Shown: piece after piece, positions 28,803 to 42,960 of the stretch
Numbering within the stretch: position 1 is the first letter of the stretch
Layout: each line of letters opens with the position of its first letter
Assembly (NCBI RefSeq): GCF_009914755.1
Contig: NC_060929.1
DNA: 64,000 nucleotides
Origin: the human T2T-CHM13v2.0 reference genome, Homo sapiens
Reading direction: 5' to 3' (one strand)
Position numbers and translations under genes: made by a program
The notes under the pieces: generated by a model
What the model was told of the DNA's origin: nothing
The model's database searches: none
What the model saw: the letters and a program-made list of their open reading frames with translations, nothing else

Positions 28803-31800
28803 CCCCCTCTGCCAGCCCCACCTCCACCCCATGCAGACTCAGGAAGCTATGGCTGTTATGTTGCCTCCATCCCACTTCTGAAACTGTGCCCAGAGTACCT
28901 CAGTCATTTCACTTATTGCCCACAAAGATGCAGTAAATTCCATCCCCACAAGCTGGCCCTGCCTCCTTCTGCTTGCTAAGGGTATCCCTGAGCAGCAGGA
29001 CACACCTCAGAAGCTGCAGAGTGGTGTGGGAATTGCAAGGCCAGGGCAGTGCACTGCCTATAACTTCCCATTCAACCTGGGGCCATGGCATGGATAACGT
29101 CTTTCTTCTCCCCTGCCAGACTGAGCTCCAGGAGGGCAGAGACTCGAGCACCAGTGCCAGCCAGGGGCATTTCTAGGGCACAGGAAACACACAAGGGATG
29201 GAAATGAGGCCAAGTAGAATCAGTGTGGCAGGGGCACTGGGAAACCCCTATTAGAGAGGGATGCATCTAATACTCTTTGATTCCCTCACCAAAAGTCCTA
29301 AGGCACATTAGTGAAAAAGGAATGCTCTGTTAAAGATTTCATAGAGCCACAGAGGAGAAGGTTAAACCACAGCGCCTTACCAAGCCTAAAAAAACCCAAA
29401 AAACAAAAAACAGAAAAGAAAAGAGAAGAGAAAAGAAACTCTATTAGATCCTTTAATCTCCACTGAAAGTCCTCTCAGCTGCCACTGACCCAGGGCTGCC
29501 TTTACCTTTCCATGCCAACCTCACTACACCACTCCAAATGCTTTTCCTCGGGGTCCTTACACCCATATCCCTCTAAGGAAGCAAAGCACTTGCTTTGGGA
29601 TCCATCCTCATCAGAAGGCAAGAGATTTATACAAAGCAAAAAAAAAAAAAAAAAAAGAATTGCACCATCACACACATTGTTTGGGTTTATAATCAGAACA
29701 AAGCAATAAAACATGTTAAAATTGAAAAAGAAAAATGTCCCATGTATCTAGAAGACAACTAAATACGTGATTCTAAAGGAAAGAACCTTCAGTGCTGAGA
29801 GTAACAAGCCACATGAGGAGGTGGCAAGGCACCTCAGGGTCGGAGGGTTCCCTAAGTGGCACTACTGGGGCTGTCTGGAGATGCCCCACCTGGCCCACCC
29901 TACGCTCACAGGGCCAGTGACAAGGACAGCACAGCATGAAGCAGGCGTGAGGGTAGCGGTCAGAAAGGACCTCTATGTTACTAGAAAGGAAAAGCCATGA
30001 TTTAAATTTAGGGCCATCACCAACCACAGCTCTGAGGCATTTGTGAGGCAAGAGCAGAAAGTGACATTTCCCCAAGCAGCAGCTCAGCCCCAGTGAGATG
30101 ATCCCACTCACCATCTGCACAGAGAGCTTCTGGCCATGCCTCTTCCAGAAGGAAGCGGGGACTGATAGAGAGGCCTGTGGGGAGACGGCTTTAGAGAAAG
30201 AGACCAGTGTCCTGGAAAACACAGAACAGTTTGGGTCTCCACACTGGGGAGGAAGAACACTCACCTTTTGCAAGGGAATGAAGGAAGATCAAGCCAGGTC
30301 TACACCCATAACAAAGGAAAAGCCCAGCTCCACTCCCGGTCAGTCATTCCTGAAGTGAATGCCTAACGGTGATGACGATGACAGAAACTGAGTAATAAGT
30401 ACTAAAGTTGAGCTTTGCATCCATTAGCTCATCTGATCTTCTTGATAAACCTCTAAGGTAAGCATGCTTGGTTCTTAAACTACTTGCCAGTTTGATGGGT
30501 GGAAAGCTGTATCTCACCATTGTTTGTTTACCTCCTCACCCAAGGCAAAAAGCCCTTCCTCCCTGCCCCAATAGTGTTATTCCAGGCTGGAGTCATGGGC
30601 TCTGCAGTGACAGAGTGACAGACCTACAGTGTTTTCTGCAACATCATAGTTGAGTCCTCGTTCTCCCATCTATAGACTAGAGGTAATAGTACCTATTTCA
30701 AATGCTGTTTTAAGGCAAATGAAATTTAAAATGCTCATAGAGTATTTAGCGCAGGGACTCCCCATCTGACCCATCTCCCTTTTCTCACTGGGTTAATTTG
30801 ATGCTTGGAGGCAAAGCACACCTGACCCTCACTAAGGAGCCAGACCTTCTGCCTGAGCTCTGGGGCTCCTTCCTTCTACCCCTCCCTGCATCTCTCACTG
30901 CATCTCACACTGCTCAGTTACCAAATTTCACTTAGGGACAAAGTTAGCCACCCCACAGGCTACAAGATATAAAGGGCTTACCTTCCACGTTCCAGTTCCC
31001 AGCTAGATGGGGCTAGAAACTGGACAAGGACAGTAGCAGCATCTCTGCTGGGAAGACACCGCACCCAGGCCACAAAGGCAGCCCAGGGCTGAGCAGCACT
31101 CAGCAGCCCTCAGGGAGGAGGTCACAAAAGAAAGTCTCAAACATGAGGGCACAGGCTCTTTGTTTACTCTGAGTGTGGGCAAAATCATCCTCTAGGAGGC
31201 AGAGCATCGTGTACAGAACCCAAATTGAATAAAGGCCTTCTCGGGAGGTGGCTGGCTGGGGTTCTGTATGCCGGGTTGGAATGACCATGCATAAGGCATT
31301 CACTCCCTCCACCATTCCTGCATCCACTGAGTAGGTCATGCAAGCAATGTCTATGCAGCCCCTGTCACGTGCCTGATGTCACTAGTCACTGAAGCTACCA
31401 GCTGAGCAGGATTATGGCAGACCTAATTCCTGATCCCAGAAAGTTTAAATTTTAATGGGCATGTTTCGAGTTAATAATAGGGAAAAGAAACACTTAGCTT
31501 TCTACTACACCTTATTCTTAGTAAAGTGCCCTCCCTTCTACTAAGTTTTTTACTGTGCAGCAAGTTTTTAAGGGACCTAGGAAGCCAGCTGCGTCTGATG
31601 GATGGAGAAACTGAGACTCACAGAAGTCACAGGATTTGCCCAAGGTCACCGGGATAATACAAGATAGAGCTGAGACTTGACTAATGTTTTCTGAGTTCCA
31701 ATCAACTGCTCTTGTTATGTAACAAGCTGTCATTTCCCCAGCAACTAGAGAAATCCTTGTAGATATTTGCTGAAATTAATCAAATCGATACAACAAAAAG

Positions 31801-34800
31801 CCACCAGAAAAGCTTCCTACCGGGAATGGTGAAGGGAGCCAGGCACAGTCTTTTTTTCTTTCCCTCCCATCTGATGAACTGCAGCAGGGAGGTGTCACTA
31901 GGTGGGCTCCCTTCCTCTCTCAAGGTGAAAGCCACATGTGCAGCTGCATCTGGAAGGGCTGACTGCTGGAGGAATAGGTCTGGGCATGGGCTCAGCTGCA
32001 TGAACTCAAACAAGGCAGTATATCTCTCTGCGCTTCAACATCTTGCTCTAAAGAGAGAACTAGTACCACTGACATCTTTGGGGTTGTACTAAGTGAGATC
32101 ACAGAAGTAAAGTGCTTAGCACTGGGCAGCACTCAATATACAGAAGCCATTTTATTGCTATTATCACCATCATTAATACTGTTATTCTTGTCATCAAGTT
32201 CTTCACTAAAAGAGCTACCTCCACGAGGTCTCTCACTCTCAAAAATCCTGCAACCTGGGGCCTCTGCATGGCAGGGAGGGCTGGAGACTTGGCCTCTCTG
32301 TGAAGCAGCCGCTGGCAGCACCTCTTCCAGTGAATACTGCCATGTGTGTCCCAGGGCAGGGCCCTGGAGAGCACCAGGACCTTGGTGTGCAGGATACACT
32401 GAGGTAAGGGGCCCAGCCTCCGCTGGATCTTTCAGAGGTTTTAGGAAAGGTTTTCCAAGCCCCACGAGAGGGAGAACATTGAGAAGGTTCAGAAAGGAGG
32501 TCAGGAAGCAGGGAGGAAGAAACAGAAAAAAGTGTGTAAACCAAGGGAAACACAGGGGTGGCTGTATCTAGGAGCCTCCCACCCAGGATTTCTGCAACAA
32601 AGAGCTGACGACACTACATGCTTTCTCTAAGCCTGTTGGTGCCCAGAAGCATCTACCACTTTCTCGTGTAAAGCTCTTAGGTGGAAGTGGGGAGACTTTG
32701 GTTGCAGTCTGTGCTTAGACAATAAGCCAGCTTATCAGGTCTAGATTCCATGCGTGTGAAGATTGCTGGGGGTCAGGGAGTAGGGACCACAGGAGGCTGG
32801 ACTAGATGAGCTCTAGGCTCCCCTCCAGACCTTCATCAGCCACCAGAACATCCTGCCTCAAGGACTAATCTGGGTCCCTCTCCAGGGAGAGGTTACAGCT
32901 TCTGTTCCTACAAACCTCTCACAGAATGTGACTGAAGTCTCAGAGCAGTGTCATGGACTTGAAGTCACATCCTTCTCCTGCATATTTGTCGGGTAAACCT
33001 GAACTTCGTAAGCACATTGGTTTTATCAATGTGAGCTGGTTGTATGTTTTCCTTTGCTCAGCAATTTCTCACATACTTGAAAGACGAACGATGTCTATCT
33101 CCCATATGGGTTTGTTTCTACTTTTGGATACAAATCACCTGATCGGCCTGCTTCCAGGCATTTGTAAAGAAAGATAAAAAAGAACATTATCAGGATGCCA
33201 AATCTATCAATCTCTGAGAGAAAGTTTGCTAATCCTCCTGCCCCTCGTCTCACCCACCATCACCCCCAGTCCTCCAGATATCATTAGCTTTTCATGCCAG
33301 TCATCTTTGTGTTGCAGGAGTAGGTATTTTGAGAAATACACAAAAAAGGTAGCAAGGTCAGAGTCCCTGCCCTTAAAGAGATTTGAGGTAGATCAACAAA
33401 TGGATCAATTAGCATATGATACCACATTGGTCACAATCCCATGGTGAACCATGGCAAGGGAACTTAAGTACCGTGGGGGTTGAAAGATGGAAAGCCATTG
33501 TAGGGAGAATCTTCCAGGTGGATGTGCAACTTGGTGCAAGATTCTGAAAAATTTGGAAAGAATGATGTATGGGGGAGATCAGGAGCAAAAAGGTTAAGAA
33601 ACAGGTTTAGAATCTAATTTGGTGTCTGGTCTTGTGAGAAGCAAGAAGCTTCTACTGTGGGTTCTCAAGCAAAGGAGAAGCATAGTCGACATGCTGAGAG
33701 AGGAGGCCAGGAGAGCACTGGGACTATTGCAAGGGGGCTGAGCAGGAGAATGGAGGAGGGACTAGAACGGGGAGCTAGCACAGACATGCAGGTGCAAGGG
33801 GAGGAGGAGGGGGCTTGTGCCTGGTGGGGCCTACACAGTGCCACCTTCCTGGCTTCCCATCCCCCTCTTTGTCCCTGCTCATGAGTGTCAAAGTCTTTGA
33901 CACTGCCTGTGAATTAAACTGAAACAAAACAAAACGACAACAACAACAAAACTTCAGAAGCCACTGTGTCTCAACAGCATTTTCTAATTTTCTGGTTAGT
34001 CCTTCTAGGGAAGGTGCTCCCAGACTCAAAATTGTGGTGACAGCTCCCATCTCATATGGAATATAGCAGCTGTCATGGCCAACATACTAACTCACAGGAA
34101 GTGGCCACCCTCCTCCTCCTCCCACACCAGCTACAACATGATAGCAGAGGGCCTTGGAGCCAGTGACCTGAGGGCAGTGGGGCACCAGCAAGCTCTTCTC
34201 TGTACCTAGGACCTGGGGAACTGTGCTGCTGCCCCTCAGCATCTCCTCAGTGACCTAGTGCAGCCACACCTGCCAGTGCCTGAAGTCATCAAGAGGCTGC
34301 TGTTCAGAAGCCACATAAAGCAGATGAAACTTTAATAAACTTTAATGTCTCTACTAAAATCATAGGTCCCCTCAACTCCAAAGTCCCATCAGATGCATCA
34401 TCTCATGATGAAACAGAAACACCAAATCTACACTGATTTTGAGTAACAAAATTGGAAATGTATTCTCAATTGAGAATACATTTTTAGAAATTCACATTTC
34501 TAAACACATTTTGTGAAGCCCTAGGTTAGAGGCCTTTATAACTATCAAAGATAACTGCACAGTTTGACCTGGAATAAAGAAAAGGGCCTCTTCTGAAATA
34601 CACCAGGAGATGAGCCAGGAAGGCCACAGAGGCCACTGGCAGGCTACAGCATTTCCCTCCTCAAATAACCATGCCAGGTGTAAGCACTAGGATCTAACAC
34701 TAGATACTTGGCATTTTTGCTTGCTGATTTGGTTGGGACTACATGGAGATACGGAATCAACTTGGAGATGGCCCATCACTTAGAACAACAGAAATGGAAG

Positions 34801-37472
34801 CAATACTTTCTCTAACAAAAAGCAAATCCCACGCAAGGCAAGCTGCTAGTTTAAGGTTGTATTTCAATGAAGAAGGGTTGAGCCTGCCTCAGGAACAAAC
34901 AAGTAATTTTTAGCAAAACAGCAACTTGGAGTTCATCCTTTTGTCAACAAAACTGCTACCTAATTTCTAAACTTCCCACCAAGAGGCAATCAGCCAACAG
35001 ACACATCTGTGAATACCAGAACACCTCTCTTTTGTTGTGTAAGACAGAATTTTACCCTGGGCTCTGCCTCTGGCCATATCCAGGCCTTCCTCCCTCTGCA
35101 GATCACAGGCATCTGGCACACAAGCATAGACTGTTCAGGGAACAACCAACCTTCCACTGGAGTGGTGCTCACTGCCCAGCCAGCATAAGTTAAGAGATAG
35201 CTAGGATTGTCAACTCCTTGAGGACAAGGCTATGTCCAGCCATCTCCACACCCCTCACCTCACAGCCAGGCATGGGGACCCAGCAGGCACCTTTGCTGGC
35301 TGAAGTTAATGGAAGGGCAGAATTCGGTCGAGCTTGATTGTGATGTAAAGTTGTATCCCTGAAGTATGAAATACCTCTCAAATATCCCACAATCCCAAGC
35401 TTCAGGAGGAAAAAGGGTCATGGCACAAACAGAATGGGCAGATTCTGTAAAAGGAAAATCTCTTTGTTCCCCTGGGTTTTTCAAGCAAGGGGCTTTGACA
35501 AGATACAACTTGATTCTCCTGAGACGCTCAGGCACCTGCAGTCATGAAGTGTTTTCTCTTTCTTTCAGTATTCTCTGGCTCAGTTTCAAATTCCAGTCTA
35601 AAGCCCTCTCCTCCCCACCCCCATCTCTTTACATACTAATTCAGCCATGGAACTGAGCCAGGACCCAGGAAAAAAAGGTAGCACAAGAGAAATGAAAATG
35701 GGGCCACAGGATCCTCTGTGTTCAATGGCCAGGAGGCAAAGGGGAGCTGAGGAGGATGAAGACACGAGCATAGGAGAGTTGGCTAAAGAGGGTGCAAAGA
35801 TGTGTGTCACAAATCAGCCAGTTTCTGCACAAGCATGGGGACTCTGCTTTCAATCTGGGCAGCCAGTAGGTCATTTCTCCTATCCTCCCAAGGACTATCT
35901 CTTCCCTGCTCCATCCCACCCTTCCACCAACATTTACTGAGCACCTACTAGCTGCTAAGCACAGTAGTAGGTGCTGTGAATATAAAGTAAAGGCTCTAGC
36001 AAAACACACCCAAGCCAGGATAAGAAGACAACCCCAAGGGTTATGCTAGCCAAATAAAACCCTCGCTGTAGATGAAGCTGAGACACTATCCTTCATCATG
36101 ATATCAATGCCAGGCAGCATTCCCTGGGATGTATTTGGAGAAGGCCTGTGTTCATGTCTACTGAGAGTGGTGCCCACTGGCAGCCTTTACATTTATGTTT
36201 TGGTTTCTAGGTAAGGACAAATAAAAATAACAGTTCCCTTGACAGCCACATTTAATTTAATTGCCACTCCCCTTGGCTCTCAGGCTCTCAGAGCCTCCCA
36301 CAGCTTCAGCAGTTCAAATTTCCTCACTGTCAGTCTGTTGGAGGATCACAGACTGGCCCTCCCCTTCAAACAGAGAGCGCCTCCAGGCAGGGGAGCTTGA
36401 ATTATTCATCTCAGGCATTCCCAGAGCTGGGCACAAAGCCTGGAACCAAGGTACACAGAGGACACTGGATGGTGAATTGAAGTTTATTAGCCCCTCTTTC
36501 CAGGACTGAAAACTCTTTGCATATGGGAGCTCATCTGCTCTTACAGATTCTTTATAATATTTACTCATGAAGCTATTTCATCCACCAAGACTAGAAAGAA
36601 TCTCCAAAGTGCTCAATTATGTCAGTTCCTTATAAACACGATAAACTCACATTTCCATTATTTTCCCGTCAAGTCCCTCAGTGGGCGACAGAGACCTTCC
36701 TGATCTGGCCCCTGCTCACCTCTCCAGCCCTATCTACCCCCATACTCCCTGCCACTCCATCCACCTTCCAATACCCAAGTGTCCATTAAGTAATTTCTCT
36801 GTGTCAGGCATTGTACAAGATTCTGAGGATAAAGCAGTAAGCCACAAACAAACATGGTTTGTATTCCATGTTCATAGTTTACTGGAGTATACAGACATTA
36901 AATAATCTTACAAATACAAAATTAATCTATAACTATGGCAAATGCTAAGAAAAAAAAGATACATGGTGCTGTTGAGATGTGTAACGAGAGGCCCTGAGCT
37001 GGTTCGCCCTCAGGGAAGGCATTCCTGAGGAAGCGACCGAGGGGCTGAGATTTACAGGAGGAAGAGTGTGCCACAAGTGTGTGAAGGGGAGGGCAGGGTG
37101 TCCAAGGCTGGCCCCACTTGGCGCTTCTGCCAGAGGCCCTTCTTGACACTTCTCTTATGTAACTCTGTCATTACCTCCTCAAGAGGCCCTCCCTGATACC
37201 CAGGTGAGGTCAGACGTTCTCTTACTGTGTGCCCACCTGATACACACCCACTTTTCTCAAACCATTCAATACATCTCCCCTTCTGAACTGGGAATTCCAT
37301 GAGGACAGAGACGTTGCCTAGTACATTTTTGTATATCCTGTGCCTAGAGAGGAACAAGCACCCAGTCCTTTCCTGATGAATAGGAGAAAAGATCAATCGA
37401 TGAATGGATGGATGGATGAGCACAGTGCCTCTTTCCAGCACTCACACTTGCACACATCAGTGTTTGGGCAAC

Positions 37473-37872
37473 TGTAGTAGTCCATTTTCTGTTGCTGAAA
37501 CTGGGTAATTTATAAAGGAAAGGAATTTACTTCTCACAGTCACGGAGGCTGAGAAGTCCTGGGTTGAGGGGGCTTATCTGCTGTGAGCCTTTTTGCCGGT
37601 GGGGGCTCTGTCTAGGGTATCGCATGGCCAAGGGCCTGAGCACATTAATGGGTCAGCTCAAGTCTCTCTTCCTCTTCTTATAAAGCCACTAGTTCCCCTC
37701 CCATGATGACTCATTAATCCATTAACCCATTAAAACATTAACCCATTAAAATATTCATTAGGGCAGAGTCTTGATGATCCAGTCACCTCTTAAAGGCCCC
37801 ACCTCTCAATATCTGCCACATTGGGGATTAAGTTTCAATATGTGTTTTAGAGGGGACATTCAAATCATAGCA
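37473..37872 (-). mobile_element. MaLR LTR, MSTC-like
   Basis: TG…CA ends (tgtagtagtccatttt…attcaaatcatagca); internal tctctcttcctcttcttataaagccac and cacctcttaaaggccccacctctcaata. Confidence 0.85.
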
Positions 37873-38094
37873 GCAGTTATCAGGATTTCTGTATTAACCA
37901 TCATGATCCTGTGCTCTCTTTGTCTCCCTGAGATCCTGAAAGAGCAATTAGAAGAGGCTAGCATCCTCACTGGGGGCTGAAGAAGGGCAGGGTCTCTCTC
38001 AGCCCTGGAGAGATTCTGGACTAAAATAAATCCAATGGTCCATCCAGCAGCTTTCCTGGCACATTATGAGAACTATAGCACTTTAATCATTTAA

Positions 38095-38970
38095 TTTTTT
38101 ATTCACAGTGTTTACTGAGAATCTACCATATGCTAGGCCCCATTCTAGAAATTCAGACGGAAATAAGATAGACATGGACTCTGCCTTTATGGAGCATACA
38201 GTCTTGAGTAGCAAGTGAAATAAGAGATTTCAGATGCAGGTAATTGGTATGAAGAAAGCAGAGCAATAGGCCAGAAAGTAATGAGGGGAAGACAGCTCTG
38301 TTGTGTGGTGGTCAGAGAGGGTCTCTCTGAGGAGATAACCTTCCAGCTAAGATGGGGATGCGGAGAAGGAGCCAGTCCCATGACAGTCTAGGGAAACAGC
38401 ATGCAGGCAGAGGGAACGGGATGTTCAAAACGCTGATATGAAACGAGCTCAGCACATTGGAAGCAGAAAAGCCACCCAAGTGACTGGAGCAGAGTCATGA
38501 TGAGAAAAACATGGTAAGACAGAGGTCAGATCATAGAGAACCTGGCGGAGCAGGGTGAGGACACCACTTGTAAGTGAGGGGAAAGGAATAGGCTGTTTCA
38601 ATGATCACTCAGCTGCTCTGTGAAGAACAGACTACAGGCAAACACTGATGGAAACAGAGACCAGTAATGAGACCATGCAATGTCCCTGGGGCTCTCACCA
38701 GTGTTTAAGGAGTAGCAATGGGGATAAGTGGCCAAAATCAGGATATAGTTTAGAGTGAAGAAGACAAGGCTTGCTAAGGATTGGTTGAACAAAATGAGAG
38801 AAAATCAACAAAGATGACTCCAGAGATTTGGCCTGAGTCACTGGGCACAGAATAGAGTCATTAGCAGATTGGGGGAAACACTGGGGCCCAAGGAAAATCA
38901 GGAGCTCTGTTTTGGACACATTGAATGTGAGATGCCAACCAGACATCAGGGTGGATGGTTCAAGTAGGCC
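38095..38970 (-). mobile_element. L2 fragment
   Basis: tttactgagaatctaccatatgctaggc…gcatgcaggcagagggaac…aggagctctgttttggacacattga. Confidence 0.75.
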
Positions 38971-39058
38971 ACTCAAAAGCTACTCTACATATGCACCATG
39001 CTATTCCTATTCACCACTATTAAACCAGGAGAGTTTAGTACTTCATAAAATTCAAGTA

Positions 39059-40088
39059 CAGGCAAACTTCAGAAGTATTGTGGGTTCATTCCCAGACAAC
39101 CACAATAAAGCAAATATTACAATAAAGTGAGTTACTCAAATTTTTTGGCTTCCTGGTACATATAAAAGTTATGTTTATACTATAGTATAGTCTATTAAGG
39201 ATGCAATAGCACTAGGTCTAAAAATAATGTACATGCCTTGATTTAAAAATATTTTACTACTAAAAAATGCTAACCATCACCTGAGCCTTCAGAAAGTCAT
39301 GACCTTTTTGCTGGTGGAGGGTCTTGCCCTGATATTGATGACTGCTGACTGATAAGGGTGGTGGCTGCTGAAGATTAAGGTGGCTGTAATTCCTGAAAAT
39401 AAGACAATAAAGTTTGCTGAATTGATGGACTCTTCCTTTCACAAAAATTTCTCAGTAGCAATGTGATGCTACTTGATAGCATTTTAATTTCCTCCAATAA
39501 CTTTTCATTTGCACTTACAACTTGGCTTGGCACAAGAGGCCTGGCTTTGGCCTATCTCATCTTTCAATATGCCTTTGTCGCTAAGCACGATCATTTCTAA
39601 CTTTTGATTTAAAGTGACAGACATGTCACTCTTCCTTTCGTCTGAACACTTAGAGGCCACTACAGTGTTATTAATTAGCTTAATTTCAATATTGTTGTGT
39701 CATAAGGAACAGGGATGCCCATGGAGAGGGAGAGAGACAAGGGAACGGCTGGTTAGTGGAGCAGTCAGAACACATACCAGATTTATCAATTAATTTCATC
39801 ATCTTATGTTGGAGTGGTTTATGATGCCCCAGAACAATTTCAATAACAACATAAAAAATCAGTGATCCCAGATCACCATAACAAATATAATAATAATTTG
39901 TAAAGTTTGAAATATTGCAAGAATTACCAAAATGTGACACAGGGACATGAAGTGAGCACCCATTGTTGAAAAATTGGTACCAACAGACTTGTTTAATGTG
40001 GGTCTGCCACAAACCTCCAATTTGTAAAAAAAACCTCAGTATCTGCAAAGCACAATAAAAGAACATTCATTAAAATGACGTATGCCTT
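39059..40088 (-). mobile_element. Tigger1 DNA transposon, internally deleted, both ends retained
   Basis: TA-flanked termini (ta|caggcaaac… and …gtatgcctt|ta); both halves match recalled Tigger1 ends; about 1.03 kb versus about 2.4 kb full length, junction near 39487. Confidence 0.9.
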
Positions 40089-40129
40089 TATTAACCAAAG
40101 ACCAAAACTGTTTGGGTTCAGCTAAGTCT

Positions 40130-40320
40130 AGGTTCAGATTCTACTTCTGTCATTTATGGTTGTGTTATCTTAGGCAAGGAACAACCTTTTTGTGAGTGTT
40201 GGTTACCTCTTCTGTAAAAATGAAAACAGAATTGTGTATCCCAAGGTGGCTGTGAGGACCAGATATAATGGTGAGCAGCAAACTCCCAGAGTAGCACCTG
40301 GCACAGAGTACACACTGCAC
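40130..40320 (+). mobile_element. MIR fragment
   Basis: ctaggttcagattctacttctgtcattt…tctgtaaaaatg…gctgtgagga…cacctggcacagagta. Confidence 0.65.
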
Positions 40321-42779
40321 ACAGGCCCACCAGCACTGCTCCTATGACAGCCAGGCTGGCAAGCAGCTCAGTAAAGCCAGCTGTGGTTCTCCATTCTTAT
40401 CATTAGCCAGTATTATCCCTAGGTTGATGGAAACCTTAGGAAGGAAAAAAGTCTTAGAAATTCCAAAGCAATAAAGTAATACTGTTCTGAGTGACTGAAA
40501 TAGCAGGTCAAAAATATGACAGCTACAGGGATAAAAATGTGGATCTACAAAACATGCAATCAAGAAAACCTGTGAGCTGTGAAAACCAAGTAACCTCAGG
40601 AACCCTCATTCCCTCCCCACAGCACCAGCTTCTAATAGCACAGAAGAATCTGGGTAGATGGGTGGGTGGGCAGGGGGAAGGAGGGAGCCTCCCTCATTGA
40701 TGGGGTGGGGTCATCAAGGAGAATAGATTTTGGGAGACTGACAGCACTGAAGGCGAGTGACAGAAGCACTTTGTTTGTAGGATATGATAATGGGGTGGTA
40801 TACACAGTGGCCTCCCTGAGAGATGCCATGTGGTTCACCCCATCCTCAGCCCCCCAAGTATAGCATACTGCTGGAGCCATCTCTGAAATTGCTCAGCAGT
40901 ATGCTATACTCATCTGCCATAGCTGGGCACTCCACTCTTTCCAGGTAGTTGTAATAAAACAGTGACCCTTCCCAAGACAAAAAAGAAAAAAAAAAAAGAA
41001 CCCAAATGGGTTTCCATGACAACCACTTCTGAGTGAGGTACTTGGGAGATGGTACCATGCAGAGAGGCAGCACCAATGGGGTCAGTTATGGTCTATGGAG
41101 CCCAGCCCTCCACCTCATCCCACCAACACTTAGACCCCTCTGCTCAGTGAAATGCCATCCTGGGCTGGGCTTGTGATCATAAAATCAGGAGTTTGGGAAA
41201 GAAACGGTCCACTCAAAGGGAGAAATTAACGCAGGCATAACTGCAATAGGAACATCTCAACTACTCAGGAAAAGAGGCTGCTTGTGATACTTGAAAATGA
41301 ATCATCACAGCACATAGTTGTATCCAAGAAATCGATGAGCCAACCCAAGCCATCGTTTGCACTCATTTGCCAAGGCAGTATTAACAGACCCTCAGTCTGT
41401 AGTCATAGTATCTTTTTAAAAAAATTTTTTAAAGAATTATGTAAACATTTAAAATCCAGTCTTCTTACCATTGTTAACTGAACCCAACCCCTCCCAGGTT
41501 AGTGTGAATTGGTGTAGTTCTGTCATAGTGGCTTTTGCAGTGTGGAGGACGCTTGGCTGTCTGGACTCTATGAGTCAGGGTGATGTGTTGAAGCCTGGCT
41601 CCTCCACCTATGGGCCAAGGGAGCACAGGAGCATTAATAATAACTGAGTCTCCCTCTCTGCATTATCTGAAGAAGAGGTTTTTCAGTAGCACCCATCTTT
41701 CGAGACTGGCATGAGAATTATGTAATGTCATGTTATGTGCATAGTATGGCAGGTGGCACACAGCAGACAGTAATGTAGTACTAGTACTAGTGTTCACGCA
41801 AATCACACCTACTTACACACAGGAGGAGCTGGAGTATGATGCCCAGGTCAAGGGAAGTGAAGCTGGCCACTGGGGGGTAGACTCTGGTCTCTGGCCTTGT
41901 GAATAGAGGGGCTGCTTTTGCTTAATTTATTAGGGAGGGGGACTTGCCCAGCAAAAGCAGTTCTAAGCCCAGTTTTCTGACTCCCTTGCACATTTGGCAG
42001 ACCTGAGAAGGTTCCAGTACAGTCATCCCAGCAACCAAAGTTGCTGCTCACTTAGTCTTCCGACATAACCCTGTCTCAGAGAGATGTGAGCCGTGGCTTA
42101 GAAATTCGAGCAAAGCCTGATAACTATTCCCAAGCTCTAGCAAATGCAGCCAGCTCAATTCACCTGCCTCAGCATCCTGTACACAGACTGAGCATGTCAG
42201 AGGAGCTGAGCAAGCATTGGACAAATGGATATATGGTGGAATGGGGATAAGGGGATGTCATAGAGAGCCAGGAGAACAACTGAGTGTGCAAAAACATTCC
42301 CCCTTGCAATGCTGGGCAGGCTTTTATTCACTTCCTATTGGAGCCTCACAGTCTATGTAAGAGTCTTCTGATTTCACTAACAAAAACTAACCCGAACCTG
42401 CTGTGGCCTAATGCTCACTACATGTTGGCAAAATGAATGAAAACGGACCCAAATACCACTGCATCTGCCACATTGGGTGCTGCCACGGGATTAATAATGA
42501 GTAAGAAAAGCCAGGCCCCAGCCAGTGCCTGCTAAAGAGTCTGCCCTCAACCAGAGGTGCCTGCTGCCGTTACCACCACCATCGGGCAGAACATGGTGCA
42601 ATCCCACCTACCCGAGAGCAGAAGGCAGAGAAGGCTTTCTGAAGCAAATGGAAGGTGTAATGTAAAAGCTGGGCCAATGGAGCTAGGGGGAGGACTGGTG
42701 TGCTACAAAAGATCCTTCAGACTTCCTTGGGGAGGGGGTAATTAGTAATAAATGAGTACTGATAGATGGCTTATCAATG

Positions 42780-42960
42780 TGACACATACTGTTCGATGAA
42801 TTTAATATGTAATAACTCAATTCTCACAAAAACTCTTCCAGACAAGTGTTATTATGTCCATTTCATGGACAAGGAAACTGGAGCATAGGAAGATTAGGTA
42901 ATTTGCTCAAGGTCACATACCTAACAAGCCAAGGACAAGCTCTTAACTCGGACACTGCTG
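42780..42960 (-). mobile_element. MIR fragment
   Basis: tccatttcatggacaaggaaactggagcata…taatttgctcaaggtcaca. Confidence 0.65.
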
